DNA from: Leptolyngbyaceae cyanobacterium
GTDB lineage: Bacteria; Cyanobacteriota; Cyanobacteriia; Phormidesmidales; Phormidesmidaceae
Assembly: GCA_965263355.1 (NCBI GenBank)
Contig: CBDHHL010000039.1
Location: forward strand, 18,821 to 82,820
Length of the DNA: 64,000 nucleotides
Direction of reading: 5' to 3'
The translations under genes and the position numbers were made by a program. Within the stretch, counting starts at the first letter, position 1. Every line of letters begins with the position of its first letter. Positions 18,278 to 27,980 of the stretch are shown here, in pieces. The notes below the pieces were generated by a model that was given only the letters and a program-made list of their open reading frames with translations, did not search any database and had not been told where the DNA came from.

Positions 18278-19178
18278 TGCTAAAAATCCAAAATATTATC
18301 CAACTAAATGCGGCTGCGTCGTACCAAAAAATAGACCACAGCAAAAAAATAGACCACACCAAAAGCACCCTACCGCGAATAGTCCAGAGCAACCAAGCCC
18401 ATAGCCAGCCATAAGCTAGCAAGCCTAGGAAGCCTGTTTCTATTAGCCTGTCGAGCCAAATATTATACGAATGCTTAGTATCTTCATCAGGGAAAGCGCC
18501 GTCCGAGCATTGATACGACCACCGCGAATATTGAAGTATGCCCACTTCGCGGCATTGACGAAACGCTTTTTGAAGATTCAAGCCATTGAACCCGTAGCCA
18601 ATCAAAGGCGATCGCTGAGCATATCTGAATGCCCTAGCCCAATAGTAGGTTCGATTTGAACTGATCCGTCTGATCTGCGCCATCACTGGAGTATGGGGCG
18701 ATGCTGTCTCCCCAACTTGCTTATTGTTTGTCACAAGTCCAATAAAGACTAGTGCCGATAGCACGACGGGGATACTTCGCTTCCAGCCAATAGCTACCAA
18801 GTTGCAAATAACGGCCCCCAGCATGGCTATCCTTACGCCAGTATTCAGTGTGGCAATCGTATAAAGAACCAATAGCCATTTATTGGCTTTGTACTGAGCA
18901 GCAACGGCGCAGCACATCAGCATAAACCCTGCATATGCGCCAAAGTTTCCGAACAGCCCATGCATGGGATACTGTTCAAAGCCAATGCCAAAAAAGTGAA
19001 GTACCCATTGAGTGAGGCCAGCGGCTGCATTAATTACCCCTCCAATATGGAAGCCCGTTAGTTGGGCTTGGAATAGTTCGGGTCGTTCTTTAAGGATTAG
19101 TCTGTTAAACAAAAAAAACACAGCCACGGTTATCCACCAAAGAAGCCCGCAAGCTTTTCCGTAGTAACCAAGGACACT
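18228..19178 (-). pseudogene. O-antigen ligase (Wzy_C/WaaL-like) membrane protein, 5'-truncated at the IS605 end
   Basis: R...W..A......SPLIGYG and HSYNIWLD.LIETG.LGL motifs; many TM helices; the track start codon lies inside the IS right end. Confidence 0.7.
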
Positions 19179-19218
19179 TTGACAAACTCCCACGGATAAA
19201 TCACGTGGGATTCCCCGG

Positions 19219-20343
19219 TCAAGCAGCGATAGCAGGCTGAGCCCGTCTTACATCGCCTTCCGGTTGAGCGGTCATTGCCCCGACCGCTTTAATGTTCTTG
19301 CTGGCGTTATCATCCCGGTCGTGAATGGTCAAGCACTCTGGACACTGCCATTCACGCACCTTGAGATCTAGGCTATCGAGGACATGACCACACTCTGAGC
19401 AGGTTTTAGAGCTGGGATACCACTGGTCAATGTAGACCACTTGCTTACCCTTCTTAGCTGCAACACATTCCAGAATGCCGAGGAATTCAGCAAAAGCTAA
19501 ATCGTTAACCTTGCGTCCCCATAGCCGTTGCATCCCCTTGAGGTTCAACGTCTCAAAATAGAGAATATCGAACTCATCGGTTAATCTGTGGGCCAACTTC
19601 CAAAACCAATCTTTACGACGGTTAGCGATAGTCTCATGCTTGCGAGCAAGGTTTAATCGTGCCCGTTCCCGATTAGCCGATCCCTTTTTCTTTCGGGATA
19701 ACTGGCGGGATGCCTTTTTGATCTCCTTAATAGACTGCTTAAAGAACAATGGCGACTGAATCTTGAAGCCTTCAGAGCAGGTGAGAAAGTCTTTCAGGCC
19801 AAAGTCAAAACCAGCGGTTTTACCCGTCTCGGCAGTGACCCGAACGTCTACAGAATCAACGACAACGGCAATAAATAACTCACCTAACGGTGTCCGCTTA
19901 ATGGTGAGCGTTTTTACCTTGCCATCAATCTCTCTACTATTCCAGAACTGATAGACCTTATTCCCTATCTTCAGACGATTGCCGCCAAGGAACTTATAGC
20001 CAGCTTGCTTAAGTGTGAATGATTTATACTTTTTAACCTTCTTAAATGACGGTGGCTTAACCCCCTTGTCATGGTGCTTAAAGAACAACTGATATGCCCG
20101 CTCAATCCGTTGACAGATATCCTGCACAGCTTGAGACCCCACCAACTGCCAAAACGGGTTACGCTTTCTAAGCTTGGCGATATGCTTCTGAAGCTTGGCA
20201 CAGTTCAAGTGCTTGCCAAACATGCGGTAATACCGCTTATGCAAAGCAATGCAGTGGTTATAGATAACGCCAGCAGCATTGATAGACCGCTTTAGATACC
20301 TATTCCGTTTGTGACTGTATAACTTAAACTTCAGTGTTCTCAT
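19219..20343 (-). CDS. tnpB: TnpB RNA-guided nuclease
   Basis: RuvC GFDFG / FETL / DRDDNA and zinc ribbon CSECG..CPEC; start MRTLKFKLY. Confidence 0.95.
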   Translation of the reverse strand: MRTLKFKLYSHKRNRYLKRSINAAGVIYNHCIALHKRYYRMFGKHLNCAKLQKHIAKLRKRNPFWQLVGSQAVQDICQRIERAYQLFFKHHDKGVKPPSFKKVKKYKSFTLKQAGYKFLGGNRLKIGNKVYQFWNSREIDGKVKTLTIKRTPLGELFIAVVVDSVDVRVTAETGKTAGFDFGLKDFLTCSEGFKIQSPLFFKQSIKEIKKASRQLSRKKKGSANRERARLNLARKHETIANRRKDWFWKLAHRLTDEFDILYFETLNLKGMQRLWGRKVNDLAFAEFLGILECVAAKKGKQVVYIDQWYPSSKTCSECGHVLDSLDLKVREWQCPECLTIHDRDDNASKNIKAVGAMTAQPEGDVRRAQPAIAA

Positions 20344-20384
20344 ATGTCTATGATAACATGATATAGACATATAGCAATAGACAA

Positions 20385-20783
20385 ATGGCGCAAAAATATC
20401 GACATGATAATACGTCGGTCTCACTCATCAACTATCACTTTGTTTGGATAGTGAGACGACGCAAAAAGATATTGAAGGGGGATCTAGATAATCGCCTGAA
20501 AGAACTGATACGTCAGGCAGTTACAGAAATTGACTGCCAGCTGATAGCACTAGAAACCGATTTAGATCACGTTCATCTATTTCTGAATGCTCACCCACGG
20601 TTAGCGCCCTATCAAATCATGCATAAGGTTAAGGGGTTAAGCTCCAACGTTCTGAGAAAGGAGCAACCCTGGTTAAAACAAAAACTCCCGTCACTATGGA
20701 CAAGGAGCTATTTTGTGAGCACTATGGGCAATGTCTCAGGGGATACGATTAAGCGCTATGTTGAGGAACAGAAAACTAAATGA
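20385..20783 (+). CDS. tnpA: IS200-type Y1 HUH transposase
   Basis: YHFVW, DHVHL, LWTRSYF and YVEEQ motifs. Confidence 0.95.
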   Translation: MAQKYRHDNTSVSLINYHFVWIVRRRKKILKGDLDNRLKELIRQAVTEIDCQLIALETDLDHVHLFLNAHPRLAPYQIMHKVKGLSSNVLRKEQPWLKQKLPSLWTRSYFVSTMGNVSGDTIKRYVEEQKTK

Positions 20784-20849
20784 TTGTTCGTTTTATATCC
20801 CACGGTTGAAACCAGTGGGCTTTACGGTGTTTGCTGTAGCTAATAATGT

Positions 20850-20901
20850 ACGACTACACGAGCGCTTCAGGTCACCAAACCTGAAGCGCTCGTGTAGTCG
20901 T
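20850..20901. repeat. Perfect inverted repeat with 23-bp arms and 6-nt loop
   Basis: ACGACTACACGAGCGCTTCAGGT-CACCAA-ACCTGAAGCGCTCGTGTAGTCGT. Confidence 0.95.
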
Positions 20902-20931
20902 CTGTTTCGATGTTTGTAGTTTAGGTAAAAC

Positions 20932-22191
20932 TTAGGAAAGCTCTTCTTTTAGTCCTGAGATTTCGACATTACGCGGTTCCTCAGCCATTCCTGAGCCTGC
21001 GTTTTCATCGTTCCCAGCTGTTCGACTACGATCGCTGTTACTGCCATAAACACCAAGCCCAGTAGTCCATTCAACAACAGCAGCAGTCGCATCTCCTGCG
21101 GTTTCGGCTGCATAGTTTGGCGGGTCTGGTTGGTCTGAGTCTGCATGGTTAATAATCCCTAAACGACCTAGGCCATATTGAACGTACTTACTTCCTGTGA
21201 TTAAAACGAACAATCCAGCTAATAGAAAAACCGTAAAACCTAAAATGCTGGCAACTGTGCGGCCTAGTTCAAGTGCTGTAACGACGATAGACTGGATAAT
21301 TTTAATCGTTGCGCCAAAAGCAGCTTGAACATATAGCCAAGCCAACAATGGTAACTCTTTCCAATCAAATCCTGGCTCACTCTTTTGCTCACTTGGTTTT
21401 TGCTTAAAGTCTTCAAGAATATCTCGAAGCTCACCGAACATATTTTCAAGGTTGCCAATACGCTGGTTGGTGGAGTAACCACCACCATAATTTTTAGTTT
21501 TGCCCATGTTCTTACCTTCTAGTTTGAACTCAATCCATCGATGATCCGATGGATTTTCGGCCTTGTTACACGGGATATCGCTGGTTTGTGCAGTCCCCTG
21601 CAACCCACGCACAAAAACTAGATCCAATAATGATCTATGCCGGGAACAATGCGTGGGTTGCTCTCTATTTTGGGGACGGATCCAATCAATATCCCCTCCA
21701 ACAAGCTTGTAAAAAGCAGGATCACGACTGCCGCCTTCCCTGCTCTCAATATCTAAATTAAAGTCGCCAATTGCAATCACTCGCGGCTTAGTCAGCATCC
21801 AGTTTCTAAGCCTGACCGCTTCACAAGCCCTTGCCATTCGATTGCGACGACGCAAGTGAACAACAACTATCCAGAAGTTGTCTCCAACTTCAGGCTTTAA
21901 GTGCAGTGCAATACTGGCTCTGCCTTTTCCGTCACAGTTAACGTTATTAAGTTCTCTATGCTCTAAAACGGCAATTGTGTCGGCAACATATATCGACAGT
22001 GTTTGGCCACCACACGGCTGGGTAAATGCTTCATAGTGCCTGCCGGAAAGCTTATAGAGTTCTTCGAGCCAACTTATATCTTCGCCTGCTTGGACTTCGG
22101 CAAAAGCGTAAATATCTTTGCCGGGTGGGAGATGGGGCACGATCTCACTCGCACCCTTCATAAACCCATTCCAGAAAACTACTGATTGCAT
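20932..22191 (-). CDS. Endonuclease/exonuclease/phosphatase domain fused in frame to a membrane protein
   Basis: FWN, AFAEV, VVVH, GDFN, LDLVF and SDH motifs; internal ATG at 21507 with its own RBS. Confidence 0.75.
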   Translation of the reverse strand: MQSVVFWNGFMKGASEIVPHLPPGKDIYAFAEVQAGEDISWLEELYKLSGRHYEAFTQPCGGQTLSIYVADTIAVLEHRELNNVNCDGKGRASIALHLKPEVGDNFWIVVVHLRRRNRMARACEAVRLRNWMLTKPRVIAIGDFNLDIESREGGSRDPAFYKLVGGDIDWIRPQNREQPTHCSRHRSLLDLVFVRGLQGTAQTSDIPCNKAENPSDHRWIEFKLEGKNMGKTKNYGGGYSTNQRIGNLENMFGELRDILEDFKQKPSEQKSEPGFDWKELPLLAWLYVQAAFGATIKIIQSIVVTALELGRTVASILGFTVFLLAGLFVLITGSKYVQYGLGRLGIINHADSDQPDPPNYAAETAGDATAAVVEWTTGLGVYGSNSDRSRTAGNDENAGSGMAEEPRNVEISGLKEELS

Positions 22192-22334
22192 CCAAATAGT
22201 AATTGACGGCGTTGCTTGGATATTAGCCTAGTTTTTTGATTTTGGCACTGGTAATAATTGTCATGCAAAATACAAATCCGGATGTTGCGGTCAAAATTGT
22301 GAATGCTTTAACAGTCGTGCATTAATAACTACCG

Positions 22335-22601
22335 ATGTTTCAAAAAATTGCGAAAACGATCGCGCTGAGCAAGGTCGACGAAGTTCTTAGCCGGGATCGG
22401 CGTATCAGTATTCCAGCTCAAAAGTCTATCAACCTATGGGCTTTGGCTGAACTAGGCAAGCCTGCTTATTCAGATGATGGGATTTTACAGGACGGGTTTG
22501 CTATCGGAGGCTGGGATTTGTTCAGCCGATATTTTTGGATTAACCACTCCACTGGCAAAAAAGCAAAATTTTCTAATGCCACAGGTAATCGTAAAAAGTA
22601 A
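22335..22601 (+). CDS. Hypothetical protein
   Basis: ORF. Confidence 0.5.
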   Translation: MFQKIAKTIALSKVDEVLSRDRRISIPAQKSINLWALAELGKPAYSDDGILQDGFAIGGWDLFSRYFWINHSTGKKAKFSNATGNRKK

Positions 22602-22907
22602 CCTGCATCGCCACAGGATAGTCAGGCAATGCAGGTTTCTTAAAAAAGACTTATTTTGGTTTGTCGGCAGTGGTGGCGACTGGCTTTGTATTCGGTCGGA
22701 CGGCGCGATCGTAGGTGGTCGCTGTGAATTATTTGTTGATGTGCGCGTTGAATAAAGCAAGCATCACTTCATGAACCTGTTGATCTTTTTCTTTGATGCG
22801 ATTTGCGATGTCGCATTCATCCAGTCTGTAGACGATTCTTTCAGCAGCATCACGGCATTCAGCCATGAGCTTAATTGAATTCGAATTCAAGAAAATAGGT
22901 GTCATAA

Positions 22908-23459
22908 TTATTTTCCAATCCTTAGCACTAATGAACGAACGTTAAGCCGGATTTCATCCAACGATTTTAGTATTTGTTCTTTTCTGGATACACCAGTTAA
23001 TTCTTTTTGCCAGCCTGTTTTATTAATGCCCGTCTTTTCTTCTAACACTTGACCAAACGTCGTGCTATCAAAACCACGATCCCTCGCCTCTTCTACACAG
23101 TAAAAATACTCGTTAGGAATAGGTAATCTAACGCCTGACTTAATTAGGCAAGCTGTCCCAATCCCTGTCATTATCCCAATAAATGGTAAATCTTCTGCAG
23201 TCTTTTTGTCCCAATTAATATCTAAAGCACTTTCAATTGAGATGATAATATCTGTTTCTTGAACTAAATCTTTTTCTATTAAATAATGAGCCCTTTCAAA
23301 ACAAAGGTCTGTTCCCTGTGGAATGCCCACAGGTTGCTCAATCGTGGTCGGGGTTTTATAGCCTATGACTTCAATTTCTTTCCCCCATTCAAAGGAATGA
23401 ACCCATTCTTCAACTACTGGTAATTTGTGTTGACTTTGACTGGTTACAACTATTTTCAT
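22908..23459 (-). CDS. Non-canonical purine NTP phosphatase (YjjX/DUF84, ITPase fold)
   Basis: IVVTS.S.HK, EQP.G, ERA, ISIES and LTG.SR motifs. Confidence 0.7.
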   Translation of the reverse strand: MKIVVTSQSQHKLPVVEEWVHSFEWGKEIEVIGYKTPTTIEQPVGIPQGTDLCFERAHYLIEKDLVQETDIIISIESALDINWDKKTAEDLPFIGIMTGIGTACLIKSGVRLPIPNEYFYCVEEARDRGFDSTTFGQVLEEKTGINKTGWQKELTGVSRKEQILKSLDEIRLNVRSLVLRIGK

Positions 23460-23502
23460 TTTTGTTTCCCAAATAACATTTCTTGAGGCCAGTATCCATC
23501 TA

Positions 23503-23547
23503 TGAACTACCCCACCGTGTAGACGGATAGGGAATTCCGCTTATTTG
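23503..23547 (-). mobile_element. Orphan IS200/IS605 right-end hairpin remnant
   Basis: GAATTCCCTATCCGTCTACACGGTGGGGTAGTTCA has the GAAT-hairpin-TTCA layout. Confidence 0.5.
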
Positions 23548-23766
23548 TTAAATATTTTCACGATTAACCACAATCTCTTCTAGAGTTTCTAGCCGTTGGG
23601 TGTGATTTTTCAGGATGTTCACTTGTTTGTTTAGTTCGTCAATTTCTTCTTGCAAGAAAGCAATTTTCTTACTTTGTTTTCTGCTAACGCCAGAAGTGGC
23701 GATGTTTTCTATTGCCATGATAGCCATGGCTATTAAGCCAAATAACAAAAAATCCATTTTAATCAT
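23548..23766 (-). CDS. Small membrane/coiled-coil protein
   Basis: N-terminal TM followed by a heptad pattern. Confidence 0.6.
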   Translation of the reverse strand: MIKMDFLLFGLIAMAIMAIENIATSGVSRKQSKKIAFLQEEIDELNKQVNILKNHTQRLETLEEIVVNRENI

Positions 23767-23816
23767 CGCCTCGCATACGTCGCATCATTTCAATTTGATC
23801 TCGTCGATCCATTCCC

Positions 23817-24194
23817 TCAAACACCCCTGCCAAAATGAATTCCTAAAAAAATCGAACAAACAAACAAAATAACGCCTACTACAATCCCAAATCCCCAAGC
23901 GCCAACTAACCCACAGGGGACGCCTAACAATAAAACAGTCCTAAAAACTTTGATTGCGAACTGCCTTTGAGCTTCAAGTTTTAACGCGGCTAGCTCTTCA
24001 CCGCCTTCTTCTGACATATATACTTGAGTCTGCCAAAAATTAGTTATGCCTTGTTCATACCGTTGATGATACGAATCTTTGAGGATGGTTAATTGTTGCT
24101 CTGCCAAGGCAGTTCCCAACTGTCGTGTTGCATCAACAAGACGATTAGTAGATGGGGATTTGACTTGTATTTCTGTGCTTGCCATCCCGACCAT
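23817..24194 (-). CDS. Membrane protein
   Basis: C-terminal TM helices; GGAGG RBS. Confidence 0.65.
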   Translation of the reverse strand: MVGMASTEIQVKSPSTNRLVDATRQLGTALAEQQLTILKDSYHQRYEQGITNFWQTQVYMSEEGGEELAALKLEAQRQFAIKVFRTVLLLGVPCGLVGAWGFGIVVGVILFVCSIFLGIHFGRGV

Positions 24195-24243
24195 CCTCCA
24201 AATGCATACATACCCATCATGCAGGCTAAAAACAAAAATCTTT

Positions 24244-24532
24244 TCACTGCCGCTTTCTCCAAACCACTACGCCTGACACGATCGCGCCTACTCCGCTAGC
24301 CATTGACGCTGTATCAATGCTGCGAGCCCGATAGCTCTTTAGGTCACCGGATGCGATCGCTAGTAATAACTGAGCTAAAAACAATACTCCGAAACAAGCC
24401 CCCACCCCGCAAGCTAATGAAAAATATTTAGGTTGCTTGGCAATGGATTGAGCAGTGATATTAATAGTTTTTTCAGCAGTAGTAGCAGTCCAACCTGGGA
24501 GATTGCCATAGTTAAACGGATCAACTGACATG
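24244..24532 (-). CDS. Membrane protein (probable start MSVDPF)
   Basis: Two TM helices; GGAGG RBS. Confidence 0.6.
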
Positions 24533-24826
24533 GCCCACCTCCAACCGAGAGTAAGGCTGTGGTTGCTGTTGCCTTGGTGCTCTAACCGTCCAAAGTAAAA
24601 GCCACATAGACAGCAGTGCAAAAATAGCCGCTATAAACAATGACTGATACTCTTTTAACCTATTGGACAATAAAGACTTTTTTTGCACCTGACTGAGGAT
24701 AAGTGAAGCCTCGGTTGCATCCCCTTCGTACTCAAAGCAAGTGCCGTCAGGGCTGGTAATTTTGATTGTCGTAATAGGCTGCTGTTCAGCCCTGACGATA
24801 TTTGACATCTTCCTAGCCTTCCTCAA
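24521..24826 (-). CDS. Membrane protein
   Basis: One TM helix; overlapping operon arrangement. Confidence 0.6.
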   Translation of the reverse strand: MRKARKMSNIVRAEQQPITTIKITSPDGTCFEYEGDATEASLILSQVQKKSLLSNRLKEYQSLFIAAIFALLSMWLLLWTVRAPRQQQPQPYSRLEVGHVS

Positions 24827-25184
24827 CCACTAATAGATCTTCGGCAATAGGCGCATATGCATCCTGAACGGAGGCAATAAGCATGTTTGCTACTTGCGCA
24901 TTCACATCTTCCATAAAGTGCACAACGTCTTGTGCAGCTATATTCATCTCTTTTAAGTAGGCATTAGCTGTAGCCGCTTTCCATGCAGTTGCGTTAGAAA
25001 TAGCAATTTGCTCTGGCGTAACCGGAGCAGACACTTCAGTCTTGATATTCTTTGCGGCCTGATCACCGTTCAACTTGGCAGTACTACGCTTTTTAGTGCG
25101 CCGTTCAATTTTATTGTTTTGAACGGCGTTAGCAGTAGCTAGCGCGCCATCTTTAGGTTTTGCCTGAAATTCACTCATCATCAT
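24813..25184 (-). CDS. Hypothetical protein
   Basis: ORF in operon. Confidence 0.65.
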   Translation of the reverse strand: MMMSEFQAKPKDGALATANAVQNNKIERRTKKRSTAKLNGDQAAKNIKTEVSAPVTPEQIAISNATAWKAATANAYLKEMNIAAQDVVHFMEDVNAQVANMLIASVQDAYAPIAEDLLVVEEG

Positions 25185-25567
25185 TCTCCCAATAATCGTT
25201 TTCTTTTTTCAACTAATGCTTGCTCGAAGCGACTTTCAAGATCATCGCGTGACCCACCGACTAGATCCACATATCCCAGCTTTGTCTCATCAGTAGGGCA
25301 ATCAATCGCGTAGTCTTTGCGATCACCTCGCCAGCATGGATTACAACTTGACTTCCAAAGCTTCCAACAAAGGAATGCATACAAAATCCAAGCATCATGA
25401 CGATCAATGCAACCGCTAGAGCAGTTCACCCTAGAAACATCAATCTTCAAATACTTGCAATCCTGAGCCAAGGCAGAATGCGAACGACCAAAAAGCTGCC
25501 CCGCTTCTCTTAGCGTTAGTAAGTTAGAAGGCGATTCAACTTTTTGAACACTCAACCAAGGCAACAT
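25181..25567 (-). CDS. Putative HTH DNA-binding protein
   Basis: LTLREAGQLFGRSHSALAQDC. Confidence 0.55.
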   Translation of the reverse strand: MLPWLSVQKVESPSNLLTLREAGQLFGRSHSALAQDCKYLKIDVSRVNCSSGCIDRHDAWILYAFLCWKLWKSSCNPCWRGDRKDYAIDCPTDETKLGYVDLVGGSRDDLESRFEQALVEKRKRLLGE

Positions 25568-25815
25568 CTTACTGCTTTTTGACTTTCTGTCAGTATCTTA
25601 GCAGTAAAAACTAGCCTGTCAACGGTTTATTTCTGGTGCGTGCGGTATGCACTCGATGTCTTTGCCTTGTTCTGTATAATTCGCTACCGTTTTAGTTGTA
25701 TAATATGCTTCACAGAATTATTCTGACTTAGGGTGAATTCTTTGACTGGAAAGGGTTCTAGGCTGTAAAGGGTCCTCGTAAGGGGTTAAGGACAAAAAAT
25801 CAGATTTGCAGCAAA

Positions 25816-25850
25816 AAGCCCATCTTTTTGGGTAAAGATGGGCTGAAAAA
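25816..25850. terminator. Intrinsic terminator
   Basis: AGCCCATCTTT...AAAGATGGGCT stem with flanking A runs. Confidence 0.65.
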
Positions 25851-25872
25851 AATATTTAGTTGTGTCACGCGG

Positions 25873-27084
25873 TTAGACCTTTTGGGCGCTGTACTTAGCT
25901 AATGTGTGCTGATCGACGCCCACCGGCATCCAAGCCCCATCGATAAAGCAGATGCGAGAATGGCCCGCTAAATCTGCGGAGACGGGCGGCATTGTAATTC
26001 CCTTGAAGTTTCTGGCAACTTGTTCATAAAGTCCCTTGTCAAACGTAAAGGTTTGCCCTTTCCATTCGATAGAATCTGTAGGCGATACGGAGACGTAACA
26101 AAGATTCAATTTTTTCACTGCCTTAGCATCATCTACCAGGGTCGTTGCTGTGAACTCTGGTGCAAGCGTCCAAATAGCCCGTTGTCTTTTTGCGCCTGCA
26201 CTGGTTAAAGTTGCAATTTTATCAGCGACAACATGCATCAACTGATCTAGTGTGTCTGAATAAATATTACTAACTGAACCCGTGTAAGCCAGTTCGTCAA
26301 ATATTAATAAGCTGTTCGGTTCCTGAAACCATTCCAGCACTAACGCGATCGCATCCTGAATTTTATTGACGGCAGTATTGGCATCGACAGAGGATAAATC
26401 GCAGCGGACAGATTTTGCGTGTTGCCAGTATACGCCGTCTTCTTCTTCGCCATAGCTGCATAGATTTATGTGAAATACTTTAGTTTGCTGCAGCCGATGT
26501 AACGCGAGTGAAGCACAAGCTGCCAGGTAACTTTTGCCCGTTCTCTGTCCTCCAAAGATAGCTCTAGAGATGAATGGCGATTTTAATAATGTTAAAAATG
26601 CGGTTGGCTTCGTCCTTTCAGTCGGTTTAGCTGCGGGTTCGGCTTGAACCTTAGGCAGTGCCATAGCTCCTTTGACTGATAATTCAGCTAATTTAGCTTC
26701 AGCTTTTGTCGCGGCTGCTGACTCGGCAACAGGCTTCATCGCCTCTAATTCACTCGCAGTAATTAATTGTTGCTGTTGGACTTCTGCGTCTAAAATTACA
26801 GCCTGAGTTGCCAGCCTGGTTTCTTCAAACTCCTCAGCTTTGCCAACTAAAAAAAATGCCCATGTCGCCATACTAAACCCAGCGGCAGAGGCAATAATCT
26901 TTAGCCAGCCATAGCTAGGGCTAACGTCAATAACTTGTTTATTAGTCGATTGAGCAACAGCCCATGAATTGACTTGCTGTCCATCCTGCAAGGTATACGT
27001 GGGTTCTAACCGCCCTACACCTGCTAAAAGAGTAAGGCTAACCGACGCGGCCCCAACGATTGCAGCTTTAATCCTTCCGTCCAT
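25873..27084 (-). CDS. Membrane-anchored P-loop ATPase (FtsK/HerA/VirD4-like)
   Basis: Two N-terminal TMs, coiled coil, Walker A GGQRTGKS, Walker B LLIFDE. Confidence 0.75.
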   Translation of the reverse strand: MDGRIKAAIVGAASVSLTLLAGVGRLEPTYTLQDGQQVNSWAVAQSTNKQVIDVSPSYGWLKIIASAAGFSMATWAFFLVGKAEEFEETRLATQAVILDAEVQQQQLITASELEAMKPVAESAAATKAEAKLAELSVKGAMALPKVQAEPAAKPTERTKPTAFLTLLKSPFISRAIFGGQRTGKSYLAACASLALHRLQQTKVFHINLCSYGEEEDGVYWQHAKSVRCDLSSVDANTAVNKIQDAIALVLEWFQEPNSLLIFDELAYTGSVSNIYSDTLDQLMHVVADKIATLTSAGAKRQRAIWTLAPEFTATTLVDDAKAVKKLNLCYVSVSPTDSIEWKGQTFTFDKGLYEQVARNFKGITMPPVSADLAGHSRICFIDGAWMPVGVDQHTLAKYSAQKV

Positions 27085-27478
27085 TGCTCTGGCCCTCGCT
27101 CAAAAATACAAATGCTCCAATAATTCCGATAACTACAATTGCTACCCAGTGCTTAAGCCCGACTAACTGCAATATTTCAGCAGCATCCCAAGACCCTAAT
27201 GCAATCCCTGACAATTTAGCCAAGCCCGCCAAAGTAATAGACAATCGCTGATCACCTGGCGTTAGTGCCGCCCATGCCAATAACGCGATCGCGCTAGCTC
27301 CCATAACGATACCAATCACAGGGGCAATAGGCGGCATAGTCCTAGCCAGCTGCGTCAAAAAGCAGCTAAGCGATGCCATCCCTACATAAAGGCATGCACG
27401 ACGGGAACGGCCCCATACGGTTAACTGCGGTGCCTGTAATGGCGGTTGCGCGTTGAATAATTGTTGTTGTAAATCCAT
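27068..27478 (-). CDS. Multi-pass membrane protein
   Basis: About four hydrophobic helices. Confidence 0.7.
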   Translation of the reverse strand: MDLQQQLFNAQPPLQAPQLTVWGRSRRACLYVGMASLSCFLTQLARTMPPIAPVIGIVMGASAIALLAWAALTPGDQRLSITLAGLAKLSGIALGSWDAAEILQLVGLKHWVAIVVIGIIGAFVFLSEGQSNGRKD

Positions 27479-27930
27479 TAGCTAAATAATCTCCTCAGTC
27501 CTTTTTGTTTCCCGCCCTGCAACCGCTTATGATGTTTTCTGCCTAGCTCAATTAAGAGTCGCTGACGCTTTGTCTGCTCAACTTCAACATCACTAGCCGC
27601 TTTAGCTTGGGATAGCTGCTTAACAGTTTCTGCCTTAGCCTCCATAGTGGTCATATGCCCTTGATGGCCTAGGACAGACTTCAGCATTTGCAATTTTTGT
27701 TTGTCAATTTCTCTAAGTTGCTCGTCAGCTGCCTTATATAAATCAGCCTGGGTTTTAACCGTTTTAGAGATAGACCTGAGCTTAGATTTAACAGCCCTAG
27801 CGTAAACGATGGCATACTGAGCCTGTACTTTTGCTAGCTCAGCAGACTGAGCCATTGCCGTTACATCTTCGGGCTTTACGTTAGTTATGTCCGTAATGAC
27901 GCCAAGTTGCTGAAGTCTCTGGTCTAGCAT
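27478..27930 (-). CDS. Coiled-coil protein
   Basis: ORF coupled to the next gene. Confidence 0.7.
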   Translation of the reverse strand: MLDQRLQQLGVITDITNVKPEDVTAMAQSAELAKVQAQYAIVYARAVKSKLRSISKTVKTQADLYKAADEQLREIDKQKLQMLKSVLGHQGHMTTMEAKAETVKQLSQAKAASDVEVEQTKRQRLLIELGRKHHKRLQGGKQKGLRRLFS

Positions 27931-27980
27931 ACACTTAATTGATACTGAATTCAGCTTAGTTTAACTCAATCTATACTAAT

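Larger units (their letters stand above)
19179..20842 (-). mobile_element. IS200/IS605-family element with divergent tnpA and tnpB
   Basis: Subterminal hairpins near 19190-19209 and 20799-20819; right end GAAT..hairpin..TCAA; left end preceded by TTAT (20843-20846). Confidence 0.9.

Noticed and set aside
20850..20901. Protelomerase telRL site
   Set aside because: It has a non-palindromic loop, derives from a terminator copy, and no protelomerase is seen in the window
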